From the NCBI GenBank assembly GCA_964651335.1, contig CAZYVT010000005.1:7719-71718 (forward strand): a stretch of 64,000 bases of DNA. Direction: 5' to 3'. The stretch's first letter is position 1. Each line of letters opens with the position of its first letter. Below, in pieces: positions 18,562 to 28,069 of the stretch. The notes beneath the pieces were generated by a model, which was not told the DNA's origin, ran no database searches, and saw only the letters and a list, made by a program, of their open reading frames with translations. The stretch comes from an uncultured Enterobacteriaceae bacterium (GTDB lineage Bacteria > Pseudomonadota > Gammaproteobacteria > Burkholderiales > SG8-39). Both the position numbers and the translations under genes were made by a program.

Positions 18562-19550
18562 AAGTGAAACACGGGCTCGGGGCAGGGATTGCAGCGCTGC
18601 TCGTTGCCTTCGACGCGCTCGCGCACGTGACGAGCACCGGGATTGCGACGGTCGCGGTGGAAGGCGACCGCGTCATCGTCCGGCTGAGCCTTTCGCTCAG
18701 CGAGCTGCCGCAGGAACCGGCACAGCTCATTGCGCATGCGGCGGAAGGCGACGCCGCGAGCGCCGAGCGCGTTGCCGACGCTTTGCGCACCCAGGTCAAG
18801 GTCGCGCGCGGAAGCGAGGCCTGCCGCCCGGGCCGCGTCCGTATTCAGGGCTCGCGCCTGGAGGACGGGCGCGCGATCCTGCAGCTTGTTTTCGCCTGCC
18901 CGAAGGCGGGCGGCAAGATCGAATATGCGGATCAGCTTCAGCTCGTATTCGGCGAGCACTATCGCACCATCGCGAGCATCGACGAGGGTGGACCTTCCGC
19001 GCAGGGCTGGCCCGAGTTCCTTGCGCTCGGCGTCGAGCACATTCTCACCGGCTACGACCACCTGATGTTTCTCGCCGCGCTGGTGATTGGCAGCCGCGGC
19101 TTGTGGCGCACGATCGGCATCGTGACGGCGTTTACCGTGGCGCACAGCGTGACACTCGCACTTGCGAGCCTCGGGATTGCGGCAGTCCCGGCCGCAGTCA
19201 TCGAGCCCGCGATCGCAGCGTCGATTTTCTGGATCGCGCTCGAAAACCTGTACTCCCCGGCCGCAGGCTTCCGGCGTTGGGTGATCGGGTTTCTGTTCGG
19301 CCTGGTGCACGGGTTCGGCTTTGCTTCGGCGCTGGAGGGGATCGAGTTGCGCGGTTGGGCGTTCGCGCGCGCCCTGATCGCCTTCAATCTTGGCGTCGAA
19401 ATCGGGCAGGCTGCGGCAGTCCTCGCGGCGGCCGCGCTCCTTGCGCGTCTCGGCGAGGGGGCCGGCCCGGCACGCCTGCGGCGGGCGCTCTCGACCCTGC
19501 TCGCGCTCGCCGGGGGCGCCTGGTTCGCCGTCCGCGTTGCCACCGGATAG
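18558..19550 (+). CDS. HupE/UreJ family protein (putative Ni/Co transport)
   Basis: Signal peptide then AH; GVEHILTGYDHLMF, FTVAHS, GLVHGFGFA, FNLGVEIGQ. Confidence 0.88.
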   Translation: MKVKHGLGAGIAALLVAFDALAHVTSTGIATVAVEGDRVIVRLSLSLSELPQEPAQLIAHAAEGDAASAERVADALRTQVKVARGSEACRPGRVRIQGSRLEDGRAILQLVFACPKAGGKIEYADQLQLVFGEHYRTIASIDEGGPSAQGWPEFLALGVEHILTGYDHLMFLAALVIGSRGLWRTIGIVTAFTVAHSVTLALASLGIAAVPAAVIEPAIAASIFWIALENLYSPAAGFRRWVIGFLFGLVHGFGFASALEGIELRGWAFARALIAFNLGVEIGQAAAVLAAAALLARLGEGAGPARLRRALSTLLALAGGAWFAVRVATG

Positions 19551-19657
19551 CCGTTCTGATTTTTGGTCCTGCCGCAGCGGGCGAAAGAGGTAACATCAGG
19601 GCCATCCGCATCGCCCCGAGCAGCGGCGAGGAGCGGTGGACCAGAGGAGAAAAACTG

Positions 19658-20953
19658 ATGAAACAGCGAGCATGGAGCAGACTGTTGACGGCGGGCGCGC
19701 TCGCGCTCGGCGTCTCGGCAATCGGCGGAGCGGCTCAGGCGCAGGACGCGAAGCCGATCAAGATCGGCATCGTGACGTTCCTTTCGGGGTCGGCGGCCGG
19801 CCCCTTCGGCGTGCCGGCGAGAAACGGCTTCGAGATCACCATGGAGACTCTGAACGCGGGCAGCGTGCCGGCGCCCTACGCCGGCAAGGGTTTCGGCGGC
19901 GCGCCGCTCGAGGCGGTGTGGGTGGACGAGGCGGGCGGCACCACCAAGCAGGTGAGCGAGTTGCGCAACCTCGTGCAGCGCCAGAACGTGGATCTCGTCA
20001 TCGGCTACATCTCGAGCGGCGACTGCCTCGCGGTGGCGCCGGTCGCGGAGGAGCTGAAGAAGCTCACCGTACTCTTCGACTGCGGCACGCCGCGCATCTT
20101 CGAGGACGCGAGTTACAAGCATGTGTTCCGGACGGGGCCGACCGGCACGATGGACAACACCGCGGCGGCGCTCTACGTGACGGAGATGAAGCCGCAGGCG
20201 CGCCGCATCGCCGGCATCAATCAGAACTACGCCTGGGGCCAGGATTCCTGGACCGACTTCGAGCTGGCGATGAAGGCGCTCAGGCCCGGAGTGGAAGTCG
20301 CCACTTCGCAGATGCCCAAGCTCTTCGCGGGCCAGTTCGGGGCGGAGATCTCGACCCTGCTCGGCGCCAACGCCGACATCATCCATTCGAGCTTCTGGGG
20401 TGGCGACCTCGAGGGATTGGTGCTGCAGGGGGCGCCGCGCGGACTGTTCCAGAAGAGCCTCGTCGTTCTTTCGGCGGGCGAGCCGGCGATCAACCGCCTG
20501 GGCACCAAGATTCCCGATGGCACGGTGATCGGCGGGCGCGGACCCTTCGGCCCGTTCGCTCCGGACACGCCGCTCGCGAACTGGTTCAAGCGCGTATTCG
20601 AGGAGCGCTACGGGGTGGTGCCGAACTACGCCGCCTACAAGGCTTCGCAGGCCGTGCTCGGCGTGAAGGCGGCCTGGGAGAAGGCGCAGGCGGCGGCGGG
20701 CGGGAAGACACCAACCCAGGATCAGGTGATCGCCGCGTTCGAGGGGCTCTCGTACGAAGGGCCGGGTGGGCGCGTCGACATGAAGCTCGGCAAGGGCCAC
20801 CAGGCGGTGATGGACAACGCCATCGGCACCGCGAAATTGGTGGACGGCAAATTCGCGATCGTCAATATCAAGCGCTATCCGGCGGCGCTGGTCAACCCGC
20901 CCGAGGGCGTGAAGAGCGAGGCCTGGCTCAAATCCGACTTCAAGGCGCGCTGA
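19658..20953 (+). CDS. ABC substrate-binding protein, LivK/J-like
   Basis: Signal peptide, KPIKIGIV, GYISSG, NYAWGQD; start ATG 19658. Confidence 0.9.
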   Translation: MKQRAWSRLLTAGALALGVSAIGGAAQAQDAKPIKIGIVTFLSGSAAGPFGVPARNGFEITMETLNAGSVPAPYAGKGFGGAPLEAVWVDEAGGTTKQVSELRNLVQRQNVDLVIGYISSGDCLAVAPVAEELKKLTVLFDCGTPRIFEDASYKHVFRTGPTGTMDNTAAALYVTEMKPQARRIAGINQNYAWGQDSWTDFELAMKALRPGVEVATSQMPKLFAGQFGAEISTLLGANADIIHSSFWGGDLEGLVLQGAPRGLFQKSLVVLSAGEPAINRLGTKIPDGTVIGGRGPFGPFAPDTPLANWFKRVFEERYGVVPNYAAYKASQAVLGVKAAWEKAQAAAGGKTPTQDQVIAAFEGLSYEGPGGRVDMKLGKGHQAVMDNAIGTAKLVDGKFAIVNIKRYPAALVNPPEGVKSEAWLKSDFKAR

Positions 20954-21015
20954 CCGGCGACTGATCGCAGCGGCGCGGGCGCAACCGTCCGCGCCGTCCT
21001 TTCCGGGGGAATTGC

Positions 21016-21912
21016 GTGGGAAACATTGGCGCTGTGCTGGTCGACGGCGTCATCTATTCGTCGTGGCTTTTCATCATCGCCGTCGGGCTCACGCTCGTCT
21101 ATGGCGTGATGCGCATCCTCAATCTCGCGCACGGCAGCCTGTACGCGCTCGGCGCCTATGCCGCGGCGTCGCTCGTCGGTTACTGGTTCGCGAGGGGCTA
21201 TCCCCCGATGGGCAGCTACGCACTGCTCGCCGCCGCAGCGGTGATCGTCGGCCTCGTCGCCGGTCCGTTGATCGAGCGCGGGCTGCTCCGGTTCATGTAT
21301 GGCAAGGACGAGATGGTGCTGGTGCTCGTCACCTACGCGCTGTTCCTGATCCTCGAGGACCTGATCAAGCTGGTGTGGGGCGTGGAGTCCTACGTGATCT
21401 CCGAACCGTACGGCCTGCTCGGCAGCTTCAGCCTCGCCGGCCTGACCTACCCCGTGTACAACGGCGTGCTGGTGGTCGCGGCGCTCGTCGTGGGTGTGGC
21501 CCTCACTTGGGTGCTGCAGGGCACGCGCGCCGGCAAGCTCCTCATCGCGGTGATCCACGACCGCGAGATGGGCGCGGCACTCGGGATCGACGTCTCGCGC
21601 ATGTACCTCGTGACTTTCACCGCCGGCACCATGCTCGCGGCGCTTGGCGGCGCGCTCACCGCGCCGACCGTTTCGGTCCTGCCGGGGATGGGCGTTGAGG
21701 TGATCGTGCTCGCGTTCGCGGTGGTGGTGATCGGCGGCCTCGGCAGCCTTCCGGGCGCGGCGCTCGGCGCGCTGATCGTGGGGCTGGTGCGCTCGGCGTC
21801 GGTCCACTACCTGCCGCAGTTCGAGCTGTTCTCGATCTACCTGGTCATGGCGCTGGTGCTGCTCGCGCGGCCCAAGGGCCTGTTTGCCGGCGCCGAGGCG
21901 CGCAAGATATGA
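21016..21912 (+). CDS. ABC permease, LivH-like
   Basis: GLTLVYGVMRILNLAHG, VVIGGLGS. Confidence 0.92.
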   Translation: MGNIGAVLVDGVIYSSWLFIIAVGLTLVYGVMRILNLAHGSLYALGAYAAASLVGYWFARGYPPMGSYALLAAAAVIVGLVAGPLIERGLLRFMYGKDEMVLVLVTYALFLILEDLIKLVWGVESYVISEPYGLLGSFSLAGLTYPVYNGVLVVAALVVGVALTWVLQGTRAGKLLIAVIHDREMGAALGIDVSRMYLVTFTAGTMLAALGGALTAPTVSVLPGMGVEVIVLAFAVVVIGGLGSLPGAALGALIVGLVRSASVHYLPQFELFSIYLVMALVLLARPKGLFAGAEARKI

Positions 21913-22841
21913 GCGACCGCACCAGCCGCGCCCTGTTCATCGCGCTCGCCGTCCTGCTCGCCGCGGGCCTCGTGCTCCCGAAATGGGCGATCTCGCTCGC
22001 CATCATCTCGCTCGGCAAGGGGCTCGTGGTCCTCGGCATGCTGCTGCTCATGCGCACCGGGCTCGTCTCCTTCGGCCAGGGGCTCTATTTCGCGGCCGGC
22101 GCCTATGCGGTGGGCATCCTCAACCAGGTGTACAAGTTCTCCGACGCGATCGCGATGGTGGCCGCCGGCGCGATTGCCGCGGCGCTGATCGCGCTCGTGC
22201 TCGGCGCGCTGCTGGCGGGCTACCGCGCGATCTTCTTCGCCATGCTGACGCTCGCCTTCTCGATGATCCTCTATGGCCTGCTGGTGAAGTCCTCGGCGCT
22301 CGGCTCGACCGACGGCTTCAACGTCGACGCGCGCACGCTCGCTGGAATCCCGATGGGCGGCGGAACCGGCTACGTACTGTACGCATTCGCCTCGATCGCC
22401 GCGTTCCTCGCGGCCTGGGGCGTGCACCGCTACCAGCACTCGCTCCTCGGGCGCATCGCGCCGGCGATCCGCGACAACGAGCTGCGCGTCGAGTATCTGG
22501 GCGCCTCGGTGCGCGCGGTGGTGCATCTCAACTACGTCATCGCGGCGGTGCTCTCGGGCGTGGGCGGCGCGATCGTCGCGCTTGCGGTGGGCCACATCGA
22601 CCCCGAGATGGCCTACTGGACCACGTCGGGCGAGTTCGTGTTCGTGGCAATCCTTGCCGGCACGGGAAACGTCGCCGCGCCGTTTCTCGGCTCGGCCCTG
22701 TTCGAGGCGATCCGCACCTTCGCCTACCAGTATTCGCCCTATACCTGGCAGATGGTGCTTGGAGGGGCGATGCTCGTCGTGATCATGTTCCTGCCCTCGG
22801 GCTTGTGGTCGCTGTTCGAGCGGCGGCGCGCGCGGGGCTGA
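21909..22841 (+). CDS. ABC permease, LivM-like
   Basis: GLVSFGQ, FAMLTLAF, AIRDNE. Confidence 0.92.
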   Translation: MSDRTSRALFIALAVLLAAGLVLPKWAISLAIISLGKGLVVLGMLLLMRTGLVSFGQGLYFAAGAYAVGILNQVYKFSDAIAMVAAGAIAAALIALVLGALLAGYRAIFFAMLTLAFSMILYGLLVKSSALGSTDGFNVDARTLAGIPMGGGTGYVLYAFASIAAFLAAWGVHRYQHSLLGRIAPAIRDNELRVEYLGASVRAVVHLNYVIAAVLSGVGGAIVALAVGHIDPEMAYWTTSGEFVFVAILAGTGNVAAPFLGSALFEAIRTFAYQYSPYTWQMVLGGAMLVVIMFLPSGLWSLFERRRARG

Positions 22842-22845
22842 GCGC

Positions 22846-23580
22846 ATGGCGGTCCTCGAAACCCGCAACCTGGTGAAACGCTTCGGCGCGCTCGCCGCCG
22901 CGGACGACATTTCGGTCGCGATCCGGCCCGACAGCACGGTCGGACTGATCGGCGCGAACGGCGCCGGCAAGACCACCTTCATCAACATGGCGACCGGCTA
23001 TCTGAAGCCGGATTCCGGGGCCATCTACTATCAGGGCGAGGACATCACGGGACTCGCGCCGCGCGCGGTCACCCACCGTGGCATCTGCCGCTCGTTCCAG
23101 ATCCCGCAGCTGTTCCTGTCGCAGACGGTGCATGACAACCTGCTGGTGAGTGCGGGGATCGCCGCGCGCCAGAGCGGCGCCGTGAAAGGGGTCGAAGCGG
23201 TGGTCGCCGATTCGCTCGGACGATTCGGCCTCGCCTCCTACGCCGACAAGCTCGCCGGCGTGCTGCCGGAGGGAATCAGAAAGCTCCTCGACATCGCGAT
23301 GGCGCTGGCGGCGCGGCCCAAGGTGTTGCTGCTCGACGAGCCGACGAGCGGCGTGTCCGCGGAGGAGAAATTCGGAGTCATGGACACCGTGATGCGGGCG
23401 GTGCGGCCGCAGGGCGTCACAGTGCTGTTCGTGGAGCATGACATGGACATCGTGGAGCGTTACAGCGACCGCGTGCTCGCCTTCTACGAAGGACGCATCA
23501 TCGCGGACGGGGCGCCGCGCTCGGTGCTGGAGAATCCCGAAGTGCGCGAATTCGTGGTGGGCGAACATGCTGCGCATTGA
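22846..23580 (+). CDS. ABC ATPase, LivG-like
   Basis: GANGAGKTT, RSFQ, LLDEPTSG, VEHDM. Confidence 0.92.
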   Translation: MAVLETRNLVKRFGALAAADDISVAIRPDSTVGLIGANGAGKTTFINMATGYLKPDSGAIYYQGEDITGLAPRAVTHRGICRSFQIPQLFLSQTVHDNLLVSAGIAARQSGAVKGVEAVVADSLGRFGLASYADKLAGVLPEGIRKLLDIAMALAARPKVLLLDEPTSGVSAEEKFGVMDTVMRAVRPQGVTVLFVEHDMDIVERYSDRVLAFYEGRIIADGAPRSVLENPEVREFVVGEHAAH

Positions 23581-24214
23581 AGGGCTCAGTGTCTCGATTC
23601 AGGGTGCGAGCATATTGCGCTCGGTGGATCTCGCCGTTGCCACCGGTCAGTTCGTCGGTCTGATCGGACGCAACGGCGCAGGCAAGACGACACTTGTGCG
23701 CACGATCATGGGCATCGTGCCCGCGGACGCGGGACGGATTCAGTTCGACGGGCGCGCGTTTGACTCCTTGCCTACGCACGATCGGGCGCGCTCCGGCCTG
23801 GGCTACATGCCCGAGGACCGCCGTCTTGTGCCCGAACTTTCGGTGGAAGAGAACGTGCTTCTTCCCGCCTGGGCGAGCGGCGCGAGCGATGGTACGGCGC
23901 GCCTCAAGCGCGTGTATGCCCTGATCCCCGAGGTGGCGGCGTTCGCCACGCGCAAGGCCCTGCAGCTTTCGGGGGGTCAGCAAAAACTCGCGGCGCTGGC
24001 GCGCGCGCTCGCGAGCGAACCCAAACTGCTGCTGCTCGACGAGCCCTTGGAAGGCGTCGCGCCGGTGCTCGCGCACCGGCTCGCGGAGGTGATCCGCGGG
24101 CTCAAGCGCGAGGGCCTCTCGGTGCTGTTGTGCGGGTCGAGCCTCGCGCACGTGCGCGATACGCTCGACGCGGTCTATGCGATCGACCGCGGCGTCGTTA
24201 CGCCGAGTGCGTGA
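23567..24214 (+). CDS. ABC ATPase, LivF-like
   Basis: GRNGAGKTT, LSGGQQK, LLDEPLEG. Confidence 0.9.
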   Translation: MLRIEGLSVSIQGASILRSVDLAVATGQFVGLIGRNGAGKTTLVRTIMGIVPADAGRIQFDGRAFDSLPTHDRARSGLGYMPEDRRLVPELSVEENVLLPAWASGASDGTARLKRVYALIPEVAAFATRKALQLSGGQQKLAALARALASEPKLLLLDEPLEGVAPVLAHRLAEVIRGLKREGLSVLLCGSSLAHVRDTLDAVYAIDRGVVTPSA

Positions 24215-24297
24215 ACGACCACGCTGCGCTTGCCGCGGCGCTGAAGGGCGGGACATGACATGCTCCACCTCGCCGACGCGTTGGCGATGACGCTACA

Positions 24298-25068
24298 GTG
24301 ACCCTCGAAACGCTCGGCGTCTGGCACATCGTCTTCGTCGCTGCGGTGATGATTCTCGCCGGATTCGTGCACGGCGCGCTCGGCTTCGGCTTTCCGCTGA
24401 TCGCGACGCCGCTGGCTGCGCTCGTGCTCGATATCAAGGCGGCGATCGTGCTGATCGCACCGGTGACCCTTGTCGTCACGGTGATCTCGGTGGCGCGAGG
24501 CGGCGGCTGGCGCGAGGCGATTCGCAGCTTCTGGTTTCTGCCACTTGCCATGGCAGTCGGCTCGTATTCGGGCACGCGGATTCTCATCGCAGCGAAGCCG
24601 GCGCCCTTTCTGCTCGTCCTCGCCTTCCTGATCCTCGTCTATCTTGGCCTCGACAAGCTCAAGCGCGGTGAGAACGCGTTGGTGAAGAACTGGCGTCTGC
24701 CGATCGGGCTGGGAGTGGGCCTGGTCGCGGGAGTCTTCGAGGCGACGGCAAACGTCGCCGTGCCGCCTCTCATCATCTACCTGATGCTGCTCGGCTTGCC
24801 CCCCATTGCCACGGTGCAGACGCTGAACCTGTGCTTCTCGGTCGGCAAGGCAGTGCAGGTCGGCACCTGGGCGCTCTATGGCAACGTCGACGCGGCGCTC
24901 TGGCTCGCCGCCGCCGCGCTCACGGTCCCCTCGATGGTGGCGCTGTTCCGCGGCATGCGCGTGCGCGAGCGAATCGATGCGCCGACCTACCGGACCTGGC
25001 TGCGGCGTGCGCTGTGGGTGATGGCGGCGCTGCTGATCGGGCAGTACTTCTATCTGGTGTGGGGGTGA
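24298..25068 (+). CDS. TauE/SafE family exporter
   Basis: AGFVHGALGFGF, about 8 TM. Confidence 0.85.
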   Translation: MTLETLGVWHIVFVAAVMILAGFVHGALGFGFPLIATPLAALVLDIKAAIVLIAPVTLVVTVISVARGGGWREAIRSFWFLPLAMAVGSYSGTRILIAAKPAPFLLVLAFLILVYLGLDKLKRGENALVKNWRLPIGLGVGLVAGVFEATANVAVPPLIIYLMLLGLPPIATVQTLNLCFSVGKAVQVGTWALYGNVDAALWLAAAALTVPSMVALFRGMRVRERIDAPTYRTWLRRALWVMAALLIGQYFYLVWG

Positions 25069-25244
25069 ACGCGATAGCCCAAGGTGTGGAGTATTTCGGG
25101 GAAACCCGGGTCGGCGCAGGCCACGTCTGGCCCGGTGGCGAGCTCGACTATCTGCCGAGGCTGCTCGGTCCGGGAACGGCAGTGATCGACGCGAATGAGG
25201 AGATGTGGCGGTTCTTCCGGCGTCACCGCGTGCCCCTCGACTAG
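25065..25244 (+). pseudogene. C-terminal fragment of a PHB-depolymerase/LpqC-like esterase
   Basis: GAGHVWPGG...IDANEEMWRFFRRH; no GxSxG nucleophile region upstream. Confidence 0.65.
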
Positions 25245-25261
25245 AATCCACCGCTCGCCCC

Positions 25262-25957
25262 ATGCACCGACTTGTATTTCCCGCGCTGTTGCTTTTCACC
25301 ACCATTGCGGTTGCGCAAACACCGGAGGAGCAGTTGTTCGAGGCGATCGACGACGGCAAGCCACTGGTCGCCGAAGGGCTGGTGGCGCGCGGCAAGGTGA
25401 ACGTCAACGCGCGCAACGCCGAGCGCGAGACGCCGCTGCACCGCGCCGTCGAGAAGGGCATGAAGGAGCTTGCCGTCCTGCTGCTGAAGGCGGGCGCGAG
25501 CACCGCGGCGCGCTCCACCACGGGCGAGACGGCGCTCCATCTCGCGGCGCTGCACGCGGATCCGGTCTATGCAGAGTTGCTGCTCGCGGCGGGCGCGGAC
25601 GCGAAGGCGCGCAACGACGAAGGCGAGTCGGCGCTGCACTGGGCGGCGCTCACCGGCAACGCTCTCACGGCGCAGAAGCTGCTCGAGCGCGGTGCGGATG
25701 GCAATGTGCGCGATCTGAAGGGAAACCTGCCGCTGCATGGCGCCGCCGATGGCGGCGATCCGGCAGCGGTGAAGCTGCTGCTTTCGCGCACCCGGGACCC
25801 GCAGACGAAGAACCGCGACGGGCGCAGGCCGTCCGACATTGCGCGCGAGCGGGGCCACCGCGAGCTGGCGAAGCTCCTGGACGGCGCACAGCCGGGACAG
25901 GGGTTCGGCGCGATCGACGTCGACGACCCGCGGCACCCGCGGTTCCAGAAGCAGTAG
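25262..25957 (+). CDS. Exported ankyrin-repeat protein
   Basis: Signal peptide; ETPLHRA, ETALHLA, ESALHWA, NLPLHGA. Confidence 0.92.
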   Translation: MHRLVFPALLLFTTIAVAQTPEEQLFEAIDDGKPLVAEGLVARGKVNVNARNAERETPLHRAVEKGMKELAVLLLKAGASTAARSTTGETALHLAALHADPVYAELLLAAGADAKARNDEGESALHWAALTGNALTAQKLLERGADGNVRDLKGNLPLHGAADGGDPAAVKLLLSRTRDPQTKNRDGRRPSDIARERGHRELAKLLDGAQPGQGFGAIDVDDPRHPRFQKQ

Positions 25958-25989
25958 TAAGCTCCGGTAGGCTGTTTCGACCAACTGCA

Positions 25990-26772
25990 ATGACCAGAGG
26001 ACTGCTTCGTGCCGCACTGCTGCTTGCCGCCCTGCAGGCAGTCCACGCACATGCGATGCAATGCAGCGCGAAATCCGGGGAGCGAACCGCCGCCCTGGTC
26101 GAGCTCTACACCTCGGAAGGCTGCGACAGCTGTCCGGCGGCGGACCGCTGGCTGTCATCGCTGGGAAGCCGCGGCTATGCACCGGAACGCGTGGTGCCGA
26201 TCGCGCTGCACGTGGATTACTGGGACTACATCGGCTGGAAGGACCCGTTCGCGCGCAACGCCTTTGCTGCGCGCCAGCGTAAGCTCGCGAAATTGAAGCG
26301 CGCCACGGCGATCTACACGCCGCAGGTCGTGCTGCAGGGCGAGGACTTCAGGCGCTGGCATTCCGGCGCCTTTGACGAAGCGGTGGCGAAAATCAATGCC
26401 CGGCCTGCGCGCTCGCGAATCGCGCTCGCCCTGGATGCGCGTCGCAAGGACGTGTACGAGGTCGAGGCGCGGGCGGAGGTCCTGGACCTCTCGCAAAGGG
26501 CGGATGCCGCGCTCTACCTCGCGACCTACGAGAACAAGCTCGTTTCCGCGGTCGGGGCGGGCGAAAACCGCGGCAAGACCCTGAGGCACGATTTCGTGGT
26601 CTTCGAGTGGGTCGGACCCTTGGGGTTTTCCCCGGACGGGCGGCTCTCGGAGCGCCGGACCCTGCCCCTGTTGCCCAAGGCGGAGGCAAAGCACTCCGGA
26701 GTGGTCGGATTCGTCCAGAACCGCTCAACCGCCGAGGTCTTGCAGGCGTTGATGCTTCCCGCCTGTCCCTAG
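25990..26772 (+). CDS. DUF1223 thioredoxin-like exported protein
   Basis: VELYTSEGCDSCPAAD, HVDYWDYIGWKDPF, YTPQ, GENRG. Confidence 0.9.
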   Translation: MTRGLLRAALLLAALQAVHAHAMQCSAKSGERTAALVELYTSEGCDSCPAADRWLSSLGSRGYAPERVVPIALHVDYWDYIGWKDPFARNAFAARQRKLAKLKRATAIYTPQVVLQGEDFRRWHSGAFDEAVAKINARPARSRIALALDARRKDVYEVEARAEVLDLSQRADAALYLATYENKLVSAVGAGENRGKTLRHDFVVFEWVGPLGFSPDGRLSERRTLPLLPKAEAKHSGVVGFVQNRSTAEVLQALMLPACP

Positions 26773-26871
26773 AGGGGGGCCGAACGCCCTTTTCCTGCTC
26801 GATTTTGCCGCCTCGGGTATATTCGGCCAGTTCCGACCGCCGTGGGGCGGGTTTCCGGGAGGGCTTACGAC

Positions 26872-27990
26872 GTGCAGGCCACGCAGATCCGCCAGAAGGA
26901 CGGGATCTTCTATTTCGTCAGTTACCGGGCGAAGGATCTTCTCGCCCGGGTGCGCTTCATCAGCCGGTTCTACGGCGAGGGCGAGGAGATCGCCGCCTCG
27001 CCCATTTCGCCGGACGACGATATCGCGCAGTTCATCTCCCGGATCGAGCGCAACGATCGCGCGTTCCAGCGGTCGCTGTCGCGCGCCAAGATCCGCCAGC
27101 TCACCAATTTCTACGAGACCGCCGTGACGCAGCCCGCGATCCCGGGCACCGTCCTGCTCTACACCGCGGAGAGGCTGGCGTTTCGCGCCAACGGCGACGG
27201 CGGCGGCCATATCACCGAGCCGGGCTCGAAGTTCCTGATCATCGACGGACAACACCGGCTCGCGGCGCTGCACTTCTACATGCTGGAGCGGCCGAACGAC
27301 GCCGCGACGATCAACGTTCCCTGCATCATCTTCGATGGCCGCAGCGAGGACTTTGCGGCCGAGATGTTCGTCATCATCAACTCGACGCCGACCCGCATCA
27401 ACAAGAGCCACTTGATCGATTTGTACGAGCGCGTGTCCTGGGCTGCGCCCGACCGCAAGTTCGCTGCGCGCCTGGTGGAGCGGCTGTACGGCGAGGGTGA
27501 TAGCCCGTTGCGTTACCGCATCAACCGGCTCGGCGGCCGCAGCCAGCGCGACAAGTGGGTGCTGCAGGCGGAGTTGTTCAACGAGCTGCACCGTTGGGTG
27601 CGCGGCCGCTGGCGCTCGATCCAGGTTTCCGGCGGCAGCTCCAAGGAAGTGCCGCGCTACTACGCGGTCGTGCGCGACTTCCTCAGGGCGTCGCGCACTG
27701 CTTTCGGCGATGCGGTTTGGGGCAAGGACAACTACATGGTGACCAAGCCGGTGACGATCAAGGCGCTGATGAGGGTCTGTGCCGATCTCGCCAAGGAGGA
27801 TGCAGAGCCGGAGGCCGGTCGCCCGGCGCGCTGGGAGCAGCGGCTCGCCCCTTGGGCCGAGCTCGGCAAGCAGTTCCGCGAGGAGGGTTTCTATGAGCGC
27901 TTCGCCGCCAAGGGCGAAGTCGAGCGTGTGTCGCGCGTGCACCGCGAACTCGCGCGCGCGGCGGGTATCGAGGCGACGAAGAAGGGCTAA
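26872..27990 (+). CDS. DGQHR-domain protein (DndB/ParB-Srx-like)
   Basis: FQRSLS, IIDGQHRLAAL, EMFVIINST; GTG start after GGAGG. Confidence 0.88.
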   Translation: MQATQIRQKDGIFYFVSYRAKDLLARVRFISRFYGEGEEIAASPISPDDDIAQFISRIERNDRAFQRSLSRAKIRQLTNFYETAVTQPAIPGTVLLYTAERLAFRANGDGGGHITEPGSKFLIIDGQHRLAALHFYMLERPNDAATINVPCIIFDGRSEDFAAEMFVIINSTPTRINKSHLIDLYERVSWAAPDRKFAARLVERLYGEGDSPLRYRINRLGGRSQRDKWVLQAELFNELHRWVRGRWRSIQVSGGSSKEVPRYYAVVRDFLRASRTAFGDAVWGKDNYMVTKPVTIKALMRVCADLAKEDAEPEAGRPARWEQRLAPWAELGKQFREEGFYERFAAKGEVERVSRVHRELARAAGIEATKKG

Positions 27991-28069
27991 ACGGCTGCGG
28001 CCCGGCCGCGCGGCCCCTGGGGACGCGGCTGCGGGGCGTCCTGCCGACCGCCGCGCTCAAGTCGCCGTC

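Noticed and set aside
24110..24150. Degenerate switch region (LLCGSS) in the LivF-like ATPase as a sign of pseudogenisation
   Set aside because: Walker A/B and signature motifs are intact, and this region varies in LivF-like proteins
25096..25110. TCGGGGAAACCCGGG, a 13/15 match to the reverse complement of the regulon box
   Set aside because: One arm is broken and it lies in a pseudogene fragment; may be chance
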